DNA from: Lama guanicoe | Lineage: Eukaryota | Length of the DNA stretch: 64,000 nt | Reading direction: 5' to 3' | Assembly: GCA_013239625.1 (NCBI GenBank) | Contig: MU054338.1 | Span: 1,118,001 to 1,182,000, forward strand | In this document: in pieces, positions 49,472-59,650 of the stretch | How the letters are laid out: every line of letters starts with the position of its first letter | Numbering within the stretch: the stretch's first letter is position 1 | Translations under genes and position numbers: made by a program | Notes under the pieces: model-generated | Database searches by the model: none | The model's input: the letters and a program-made list of their open reading frames with translations, nothing else | Told to the model about the DNA's origin: nothing

Positions 49472-50932
49472 GTGAGTCCTCTGGGTCCCTGCGCAGCCTG
49501 TGCCTTGACCCTCCTGGCTGCAGGGGCTCATCTTATCCCCATTCCAGTAGCAAGAAATGGTGCGTCTGGGGAGGGAAGTGATCGCTGTCAGCAGGGGAGA
49601 CCCTCCGTGGTCAGGACCCTTGGTTGTTCACACCGGAGCCCTGCCTCCCCACCCACGTGGCCTTCTGGGGAGGGAGGACTCAAGGAAACAGCTCTGTGTG
49701 GGTCAGTGGGGAGCACTCCTGTGTTTGGGGGTGTCGTCTGCCAGAGCCCCACCATACACGTGTCGCAGAATGAAGTCCACACTGCTGATTCGGCCATCCC
49801 AGGCTGAGTGTTGCTGTTTACAGTTAAATTCAAATTAAGTGTAACAAACTAAAATTAGAAAGTACATCTGTCCATCCTGCTTGCCTCATCTGAGTGCTCA
49901 GTGGCCACGTGGGGCTGGGACACAAGCTCCCCCAGGTGCCACCGCTCCCGGTGTTTGGAGACTTCTGGGGAAAACATGTGCACTGTAGCCCTGAGCCTTT
50001 GGCCACGTGAGGATTGCCCTGGGACCTCAGGGAAGGTGACGGGTGACAACATCCTCCTCTGCCTTCCTGGAGGTGCCTGACTCGGCCGTCTGCCCCCCAC
50101 ACGCCCAGCGCTGCACTGGGCTGTGCATTGCCAGTGATGCTTGACAGCTGGGTTTTGAACCCCCACTGCCTCCTTGCCATGGGTCTCAGCTGTTACGGCA
50201 GGATTTCGAGGCCTGGGCTGTTCAGTGGGTGCACTGGGCCATCTAGGAGGACAGAGAGGTGCTTGGGTTCCCCAGTGCCTGTCCCCAAAGTCCTTCAGCT
50301 GTGTGGACCACGATGCGGGGAGGGACGACCCAGCAGAGAGCAGGCTGGCTGGGAGGCCCGGCAAGATGCTGGCCGCAGCGGAGCTGAGAGCACCCGTATG
50401 CACGGGGGGTGCTCCAGGATTGAGCAGTGCCCCTGAGCACAGCCGACCCCCTACTGAGGCCCCAGCACCAACCCCCGTTTTGGGTGTTCGCCAGGAGGCG
50501 GTTGCACAGAAGAAGGATAAATTCCAGTGGAAAAGGACAAAAGCAATCGGCAAACACCGTTTTCTCAGTTACTGAATTTGCCAGAATTTCTAGAAATAGC
50601 ACAGCTCAGTGTTCCAAGAGGCGCGGCCTTTCTGGATGGTGGGAGGCGGTGGTCTCCCCAGGGCTCTCTGCTGAGGGGGTCACTGCAGGGACCGCTGTTA
50701 GCGACCTGCGGGGTCCAGGATCCGATGTGCCCCAGAGGGGTGGGGGGTGGGTGGCGAGTGGATGCTAGGGGGAGGCAGGCCCTGAACCTCCCCCTTTGCT
50801 GGAAGAGGCGCCTGTGGCCGAGTGCGTGGGCTCTGCTGGGGCAGGTGGAGCTCTCAGAGCGCAAACGCTGTGGCCTGAGTGTGTGGTCGCCTGCTGACAT
50901 CCGCTCTCTGCCTCCTGCTCCCCCCCCCACAG

Positions 50933-51112
50933 GTGCACAGCATCTACCGGGGGACAGGTGGAAGCTTCCAGAAGGCGCAGTCAGAGTGGAGCGCAGGCAC
51001 CTGGCGGAACCCGCCGTCCCGGGAGGCCCAGTACAACAACTTCTCTGGGAACAGCCTGCCCGAGTACCCCACCGTGCCCAGCTACCCGGCCAGCGGTGCC
51101 CAGTGGCCTTAG
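50933..51112 (+). CDS. SCAMP4: SCAMP4 last coding exon (TAG stop); spliced CDS 693 nt, 230 aa
   Basis: VHSIYRGTGGSFQKAQSEWSAGTWRNPPSREAQYNNFSGNSLPEYPTVPSYPASGAQWP*; 7+129+157+102+118+180 = 693 nt. No N-terminal NPF repeats, as expected for SCAMP4/5. Confidence 0.96.
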   Translation: MHSIYRGTGGSFQKAQSEWSAGTWRNPPSREAQYNNFSGNSLPEYPTVPSYPASGAQWP

Positions 51113-52564
51113 GGGGAGCCAGGCGGCCCTGCTGCCTGCCTACCAGTCCACCTCCTCCTCCCGGTCCACCCCCGCCAACCTGGGTCTGCTGACGCCCTGA
51201 GCGGCTGTCCCCCGACCTCCCAGGCAGCGGCCAGGCCCCAACCCCAAGCCAGCCGGCAGTGGGGGACCCGTGCGGTGCGGTGTCCATCGCACTCCCAGGA
51301 GCAGGCTTCTTGCAAGCTCCACGCAGAGGCTGTCTGGCCTCTGCTGTCCGGCGGAAGAGCGTCCATCTCAGTCCTTCCAAGCACGCATGGTCCCCGTGAG
51401 GCCTGCTATGCAGCAGGCCCTCTCCCCGGGGGTCGTGCAGGGTTAACCCAGGCCTCCCAGGTCGGAGGCGGGCTGGCTGCCCTCTTCCAGAGCTGATGAT
51501 GCTGAGAAGGGCCCTGGCCCTGCATGCTGCCCGCCCAGCCTCTGTCCGGTCGGTCACCCTTTCCTGGGGCCCAGCTGGGAGAGGGGGCCTTCTCCCTGCC
51601 AAGTTTTCATCTCCTGATGTGTAGCCAGAGCCTCAATATTGTCGTCTAGTGGACGAGCCCATGGGGAGGGCTAGAGACCGACTGCAGCCTCAGTGCCATG
51701 ATCTGAGCTCCTCCCCATCTGTCTGTCTGTCCATCTGCCCATTGGCCATCTTGCCTCCAGCTTTCCTGCTAGCGGCCATGCCGGTCCCAGGTCTCAGAGC
51801 TGGGAACCTCGGGCAGGAGCTTGTTAGATCCGAAACCTGGGACCCACTCCCTCTAGGGGAGGAGGGCAGCGGCCGGCCTGTCCTTGCAGGTCCAGTCCAG
51901 GTCCAGGTCCAGGCAGGGCGACAGACAGTGCGTGCCCCAAGGCCAGGCGCAGGGCCGCGGCACAGCCCTTTCCGGAGCTGCAGGGTTGGGAGGTTCCTCA
52001 GGAGGAGCAACCAGACAGACAAACCTGTGCCTTAGTGAGGAAAGAGCCGTCCCTCCTCCCTCTCCCCGCCGGTCCTCCCAGCTCCTTCCCAGGCAGCAGC
52101 CAGCAGCCCGGTGAATGGATGGGCCGGAGAGCCCTCCCAGCAGCCTCCTGGCCCTTGCTGGCCCTGCTTCCTGGGCAGGATGGGCCCCTCCTGTCACACC
52201 GGCCTCTCCCAGGAGCCTCCTGGCCGCTGACCTGCCCTGCTCGCCTGCGCCTGCTTGCTTGGCTGCTACTGCTGAACGCCGCGCACTGTCAGAGGGTGGC
52301 CGTGGCCCTGAGAAAGCGCCTGGGTCTGGGTACCCCAGGGGCAGGGCCTCCTGGGGTGGGAAGCCCAGGCCCCTCACCCGAGGCTGGTGCCACGCTCCTC
52401 AGGGCTGAGTCTCCTGTGACCGGGACACCACTGGTGACAGCAGTTGACCCGGCGTCAGCCAGCCATGGGGCCAGTTGTGGGGCTCGCCCTGGGCGCACAC
52501 CCCACCCTGTGCTCCCCACTGCCTGCTGCACCTTGAAGGTTTTGTTATGTGAGAATATCCAGGA

Positions 52565-52570
52565 AATAAA
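52565..52570 (+). terminator. SCAMP4: SCAMP4 polyadenylation signal (AATAAA)
   Basis: ~1.45 kb after the stop codon, with a downstream GU-rich element (ctgtttgtggtg). Confidence 0.8.
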
Positions 52571-53029
52571 TACATCCTTCCTGCACTAGGTGGGCCTCCT
52601 CAGGGGCTGTTTGTGGTGAGTCTCCCCCCGGAGGTCTGGTCGATGGGCCGCCCGCCCGCAGCCCCTGCCCGGCTGGACAAGCTGTGGCCTCCACCGTGGT
52701 GCCCTCTTCTTGTTTTCAATCACCTCATTTTCTTCCTGCTCCCCAGTTTTTGTTTAAAAAAGGAAATTTACAGAAGGTGAGATACTGGATGCCAGCGCCC
52801 CTCGCCGGAAAGGAGACGTAATGGTAGAGGTGGCCGGACTAGGGACAGCTGTGGCTTGCAGGCACCCCCATCCTGGCTCACTGTGGGGCCTACTGGGCGG
52901 CGGTGGACCCCCCACGTGGACTTGGAGGGAAGGCTGCAGGTCTTTTACTCCATGGAGCACTTGGTGACCAGCGGAAGAGAGCGAGCCCAAAGCAAGTGGC
53001 CTGGGTTTCCTCGTGGCCCCCCAAGTGGT

Positions 53030-56000
53030 TCATGGAGTCCTGACCCCACACCTCAGAGCAGGGCCTGTTTGGAGCAGGGTCCTTGCAGGAGTGACTGGTC
53101 ACGGCGAGGTCACATCGGAGCAGGTGGTCCTAATGCCGCAGGACTCTTGTTCTTACAAGAGAGGACACCTGGACACGGACACACACGGCAGGCCACGAGA
53201 AGATGGGGGCAGAGATGGGTGATGCTGCCACAAGCCCAGGGTTGCCAAGTGACCCCAGAAGCTGGGAGAGAGTGGGGCGGGGGGGGCAGGAGCCAGCCCT
53301 GTGACACACACTCATCTCAGGCTTCGAGGCCCTGGAACTGGGAGGGGACGTGTTTGTCGTATTGTTTGTGGTGCTTGGTTACAGCCACCCCCCGGTTATC
53401 GGGGAGGTGAGGTAGCGGGCGCTGTGCCATAGGGCTCGCGTGTCACTGGTAGGGGGTGATTCGGGTTGGGTGACCTGCCTGGAGGGCGAGGAGCTGTGTC
53501 TCCCGGGCAGGTGGGCAGAGCAGGGAGCAGAGAAGGAAAGTGAGACCGGATGGGGTGCTGGGGCGGTGGGCACGTGGGTCTGGGGAGGCGATTTGCGTGT
53601 CATCGGCTCAGAGGTGACATGTAGGGACACAGAACAGTATGGAGGCGAGAGAGACCCCGGGGGAGTCGGGAAGGGAGCCATCCACTGGGGTGGCTGTGCC
53701 AGGACCACAGACCTGAGCTCTAAACAAAGGATTTATCTCTCGGTTCTGGATCCAGACATGTGGCAGGGCTTTGGGGAGGGTGCTTCCTGCCTCTCCCAGC
53801 CGCTGGGGGAACCTGCTCTCTTTGTCACTGCGTCTCCTTCTGTCTCTTACAAGACACTATCCGTGGGTTGGGGGCCACTCTGCCTCCAGCATGATCTCAA
53901 CGTCATCCGTACCTTCATTACATCTGAAAGGACCTGCCAGTTCTAGGAGGTGGGGCTGTGGTGCAGCCCCTGCGGGGGAACTTCAGCCTTACGAGCCCGA
54001 GGGAGAGCAGCGGAGCAGCAGACAGCCCTGGGCGGGTGCGTCTGCCAGCCAAGCCCTGCACCAAGGGGACTGCCCGTAGGGGACCAGGTCCCTGGGATGG
54101 GAGGAGAGCCGTGTTCATGGCGGGGCAGCACAAAGCCCAAGGGGGTGCAGGTGAGGGTGGGAGCAGGGCCCGTGAGGCTGGGCTGAGAGCTTTCTCAGCA
54201 GGATCTGTAAGGGAGGCCCTGCCCTGGGTCAGGAGCAGGGACCAGTCACCTCCAGCAATGGGAGGCTGGCGGACGAGGAAGTTCCTGCTGCTAGCACATA
54301 GCCAACAGTTGCCAGCTTCTCACCTGCTGCGGACACTAGGTCTGGAGCATCTGTGGGGACTGCCCCAGGTGCTGTGGGGTGTGGAGCAGCCTCCCTGGCC
54401 CCCACCCCAGACATCACCCAGTGTCCCCCGGGGGCAGGACGGACCACCCAGGTGAGACCCTCTGCTTTAGATGTGAGACTTGGCCTGGCAAAATTGTTCT
54501 CAGTGGAAGTCAAGAGCTGCAACTGAACTAGAAAATTGATGTAGGTTTTTTTTCTTTTCTTCAGTCTGATTGAAGGATCAAGTACTAGTTTCACCCAGAA
54601 GCATCGATCCTGATGGAAGTAATTCCCAGGAGTAAGAACGTGGAAACAGAAGGCACCTGATAGTCATTTCACTTTGCTGCAGAGAAAATGATCGATCAGG
54701 ATCACGTTTGATTAGCAGGGTTTCTTCTCAAACCTACCCTCTCAAAGAAAGCTCACCCGTGTGTGTGTGTGTGTGTGTGTAGTGGGGTGTAATTTGGGTT
54801 CAGATGCTCTGCGTTCATCAACAAAGACCCAGAACCTCCCCAGAGGCCAGGGGCAGGCAGAAAGGTCCACGTAACAGGGGCCACAGACTGGACAGCTTCA
54901 CATGGTCTGACCAGTGAGGTTGAGGTGTCCCAGGGTCAAGGCTCCTCTGAGAGCCCTGGGGGGCATCCTTCTTGCCTCTCCCAGCTAAATACTGAAATGT
55001 ACTAGATTAGGATTGAAGACACAAAATTTTAACACACTCGTTAATGTCACTTAAAAAAACTCATTACATTTTTGTAACTTAAGGAAAAAAACCACATTTT
55101 CAGCCCCCTACCTCCACAGTTGGGGGTGCCGAGGGGGCTCAACTCTGCCCTCAGGTGGAGAATGGTGGATGCTGGTCTAACTTGTCTGCGTTTGAGGTTA
55201 GCGTGCGTGTGCGTGTGCATGCGTGTGCGAGCATGTGGGAATGTGTTTGCACTTTGTGATGAGTTGCGCTGTGTCCCCCTCCCTGGCTAAAAATTTCTGT
55301 GTTTTAAGTCTCAACCCCCTAGGACCTCAGAACACGACTGTAGTGTCAATGCTTGTGGAACTAATTGAGATGGTACCCAACGCTTACGACTGGTTAACTT
55401 TCTTGTAAAAGGGGAAGTTTGGACACAGACACGCATGCAAGGGGAGATTGGAGTGATGCTGCTGCAGCCAAGGAGCTACAGAAGCTCAGAGAAGCCCCCA
55501 CCGAGCCCCGCCCCCACCTGCAGAGGGAGCAGCGTCTATGGACACCTGGACTGCAGACTTCTGGGCTCCAGAACTGGGAGTGATTAAACCTGTTGTCAAA
55601 GGCACCCAGGCTGGGTGCTTGGTGACGGCCACCTGGAACAGGCACACAGGTGGGTCGTCTTGTCGCCTGGTCGGTCTTTGTCTTTACTCTTAGGGCTCCA
55701 GCCATCATCAGCCAATTCCTTCGCCCACGACCCAGAATGTCTCCCCCTCCCCTGCTTTTCCCACCTAGCAGCTTCTGTTCACCCAGAAGGTCAGCGCTTC
55801 CCCGCAAACGTGAGAAACCAGCTCCGGCTGTCTCTAGGCAGCCAGGAATTCATTGGAATTTCTTTTTCCGAGTAAATTTATTTACAGAAACTTAGCAGAT
55901 GCTGGTTGAACTGGCGGGTGGGTGGCCGGGGACCCTGAATCAGACCCCGGCCAGGAGTGAAGGTGGCTGTGAGGACTGAGAGATGCAAAGGGGTATGTCA

Positions 56001-57040
56001 TCTTCTAGAGCACGCTGCGTGCGTGGCGGGGTGGGGGCAGGACCCCGGCCTCACCCCTCGAGTGAGCTGGCTCCTGGTTCCAAATCCCAGTCTCCTTGGC
56101 CTGCTGTAACAAATTAACACAAACAGGGTGGCTTAAAACCACAGAAATTTTCTGCCTCACATTTCTGGAGGCTGGAAGTCTGAAGTCAGGGTGTCGGCTG
56201 AGCTGGTTCCTTCCAAGGCCGCCAGGGAGGACCGTGCCTCTCCCCCGGAAATCCTTGTCATACCTTGGCCTGTGGACGCATCACTCCAGTCTGCCTGTAT
56301 CATCACGTGGCCTCGCTCTGTGTGTGTCCACATGTCCCTCTTCTTTTTGGGTTTTTTTTTTGTTTTGGGGGGAAGGGGAGGTAATTAGGTTTATTTATTT
56401 ACTTTAACAGAGGTGCTGGGGATTGAGCCCAGGACCCCTGCATGCAAAGCACGCTCCACCGCTGACTGAGCTGTAGCCTCCTCCCTGATGTGTCCCTCTC
56501 TGACGTGGACACCAGCTATTGCATTAGGGCCACCCACTCCACTATGACTTCATCTTAACTTGACCGTAACTGCAAAGACCCTATTTCCAAACAAGATCAC
56601 AGTCACAGGTACCAGGAGTTAAGAGTTCAGTATACCTTTTAGGGGACCACAGTTCAACCCACAACAGCGGCCAAATCTGGGTTCACATCTGTATGAGTTT
56701 CCTGAGGTGGCTGTCACAAAGCATCACAAACTGGGTGCTCAAAGCAACTATTTATGCTTTGGGGGGTCCTTCCTGCCTCTTCCAGCTTTTGGGGGCTCCA
56801 GGTGTCCTTGGCTTGTGGTCACATCCCTCCAATCTCTGCCTCTGTCTTTGCGCGGCTGGTTTCTCTGTCTTTCTGTGTCCCTTTTCTTTTAAGGACACAA
56901 GTCATTGGATTCAGGGCCACTCTAATCCAGCATGACCGCTTCTTAACTAATTATATCAGCAAAGGCCCTATTTCGAAACAAGGTCATATTCTGAGCTTCC
57001 TGATGGATATTAATTTTGGGGCGATGCTGTTCCACCTTCT
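53030..57040. mobile_element. Cluster of MLT1-like LTR fragments (approx. 53030-53390, 53690-53960, 55290-55640, 56085-56670, 56690-57040) with a Vic-1-like SINE at ~56365-56485
   Basis: Repeated MaLR motifs (ggacacagac, gatgctgcc, ctgcaaagaccctatttccaaa, cctgcctcttccagctt). Boundaries approximate. Confidence 0.55.
54759..54780 (+). repeat. (GT)11 microsatellite
   Basis: Perfect GT run. Confidence 0.95.
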
Positions 57041-57620
57041 GCCTTGCCCAGGCCTTGGCCCCCAGGAGTTGGGTGGAGCTCCTTGGTGACAGGTAGGACA
57101 TTATATGTCCCACACTAAGGTGACCAAGCCTTCCTAGTTTGATGGGCCTTTTGTGGCTTTTGCAAAGACAGTCCCGGGTCCTGAGAGACCCCAGTAAACT
57201 GGGCTGCTTGGTCCCCCTACACCATATCTCAACAATGGGGGGCGGTTGGCAAAAAAAGAAAAAAAATGTCTAAAAGGTTGTGAAAACTGTTAATCAAGTG
57301 TGTTTCTACTATTTTCCCCCAAGTTGGACCCCATCTGTATACCCTAGGTTGTTTCAGGGGATTTCACTATTATATAAACATCAATAAAATTAAAATGGAG
57401 TAGTTGTATATATGCAACATATATGTATATATGGCACAACCCCAGCTGTGGCCTTTGTGCATTCTTTCAGCTGCACAAGCCACCCTGCCTTTTACAGGGG
57501 CAAGGCTGGAGCTCAGGTTCAAGGCTCAGATACCTCTGGAGGAGAGGCCATCACGCCCCCTGCTCCCCGGGGAGTTGAGCACCTAAGGGTAGATTTTTAT
57601 GACCGTCAAGAGTGGAGAGA

Positions 57621-57685
57621 AGAGGGGGAAGGAAGTAGCTCAGTGAGTTCAATCCCCAGTACCTCCAGTACAAAAAAAAAAAAAA
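57621..57685 (+). mobile_element. Internally deleted Vic-1-like SINE with TSD
   Basis: tagctcagtgagttcaatccccagtacctcc plus poly(A); AGTGGAGAGA at 57611-57620 and 57686-57695. Confidence 0.8.
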
Positions 57686-58349
57686 AGTGGAGAGACGGGG
57701 CTGGAAAGTCTGAAGAAATAAAACCTTGAGTTCTCCAGAATCTGGGAGGACAGTAGAGTTGGTCCGTTGGTTCATTCATCGATTCATGTGTTCACTCATT
57801 CACCACACATAGTGAACACACAGACTGAGTGCCCAATGGGAACAGGCACAGCAGTGAGCAAAACAGATGCGGTCCCTGGCTGGGCATGGCTGTCGGAGGA
57901 GGCCGATATGAAACAAACACACTCCTCTGTGGTAAGGCTCAGGCTGAGGCAGGTCAGGATGCAGTGAGAAAGGACAACGGGGGAACTGGCGTGGGCTTCC
58001 TGGAGGCGGTGACATTGCAAGTGCAGCTGAACGAGGAAGACTGGGGGAGAAGCCCCAAACCGTTGTCATTCCGCCGTCCCCTTCCACTTAAATTCTCCCG
58101 CACTTTTGGCTGCTTCCTCCTATCTGCCTATCTAGCTTTTAGCCTTTAGGGTCTGGCCTTCCCTCACTCTGCCCTAAGCCACCTTGTAACACCACCTGAA
58201 ACCATCGTGTCCATTTATTTACTGTCCTGTCCACACCCACCCCCAGGACAGAGGACTCACTGGGAAGCCATGCCAATCATTCTATTCTCAGAGCTGCTGG
58301 CAGGCACTTCATAAGGACATGAATGAATGAGTCTCCTCCAATGGTAAAA

Positions 58350-59650
58350 ATGTCCCGCAGGAGGCCCTGGGGCATGCGGGGACGGCCGGCTCCCGTCGCC
58401 AGGCCCTGTCCGAGGAGCAGGGCCTCACTGCGGGGCCCTTGGCCAGTCACCCCCCTCCTCAAGCTTCGTCTGGGCCCGGGGTGGACTGACAGTGCTCGAG
58501 CCAGCAGTCAACACCACACTTAATGAGCGCCAGCCGCGTGCCAGGGCCTGTGCGCGCCGGAAGGCCCCGCTGGACCAGGGCCTTGGGTGACCTCTTCTTG
58601 GCTCCTCGCTTATGTCACCGCCTCAGGACGCGGAGAGGCGCCGCCACGCCGCTTGCCCACCATTCTAGAGTCCCTTCCCCTCCTTGCCCCACCCAGCCTG
58701 TCTCCCGCCGTCCGCCCCGGAAGTCGGCCGGTCCACGCGCTGACCACGCCCGGCGGCCCCGCCCGGGTCGTGACGTCAAGTGGCGAGACCTTGACGTCAC
58801 AGAAGCGCGGTGGGGAGGTGTCAGGGGCGACCGGCCACGCGTCGCCATAGCAACGGCAGGGCGGGTCCGGGCGGGCGGCGGGGGCCCCGCCCCCCGGGAG
58901 GGTGGATAGCCGGGCTCCTTCCCCGCCCCTGCGCGCCCCAGCAGCCGCGCGCCTCTGGTGGTCCCGCGGGCTGCCGCCTGGCCGCCCTGGGGCGGCCGCA
59001 AAGCGCGGCGGTCGTCGCGCGGCGCCTCCCGCTGCCGCAAAGCGGCGGGCGCGCCACCGGGCCCCGCCCCGCTCTGTGACGTCACGCGCGCGCCCCGCGG
59101 CCGTCGGCGACTGCGCATTGGCTGCCGGGCCCTCCCCCGCGACGCTGGCGGCGTAAGCGCGGGCCGCGGGCGACGCTGCGAGACCGGGGCGAACCGGGCG
59201 CCCGCGAGGCGGGGACGGCCCGCGCCCAACATGCGGAGGCCGGCGGCGGCAGTGGCGCGGGAGCGGGGGTCGGAGCGGGCGCCGGAGCCGGAGCCAGAGC
59301 GCGAAAGGGGTCCGGAGCGGGGAACCGCGCCGCGCTGCTGAGGGAGCCCGGGCCGCCCAGCCCGGCCAGCGGGCCGCGGGGCCACGGCCACGGCCACGGC
59401 GGAGGCCGTCAGGTAACGACGCGCGCGCCCTCGCCGGCTGTCGCGGCCACGCGCCCCGGCCCTGCGGCCCCAACCCCGCGGACCCCCGGACCTGCCGCCC
59501 GTATATCCCGCGGACCCCCAGACCCGACATCCTGTCGCCCCTACACCCCGCACTTCGGACCCCTGAGCCCTGGAACCCTGCACCCTGCCTCCATTACACC
59601 CCGCGGACCCCCGCACTCCCGACCCCGCTTCTGTGGACCCCTGCACACTC
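58350..59650 (+). promoter_or_regulatory. CSNK1G2: CpG-island promoter, probably CSNK1G2 (named by synteny only)
   Basis: Three perfect CREs (58771, 58792, 59077), X-box at 58841-58854, ETS site at 58717-58724, inverted CCAAT at 59117, GC boxes. CSNK1G2 follows SCAMP4 in human. Confidence 0.75.
59150..59412 (+). other. CSNK1G2: Putative non-coding exon 1 of CSNK1G2 (5' end approximate); the rest of the window is probably intron 1
   Basis: CAG|GTAACG donor at 59412/59413; no kinase coding sequence recognised downstream in the window. Confidence 0.65.

Noticed and set aside
50565..51602. 345-aa minus-strand ORF across the SCAMP4 last exon and 3' UTR
   Set aside because: TTG start, low-complexity Gly/Arg/Pro/Ala composition, no recognisable domain.
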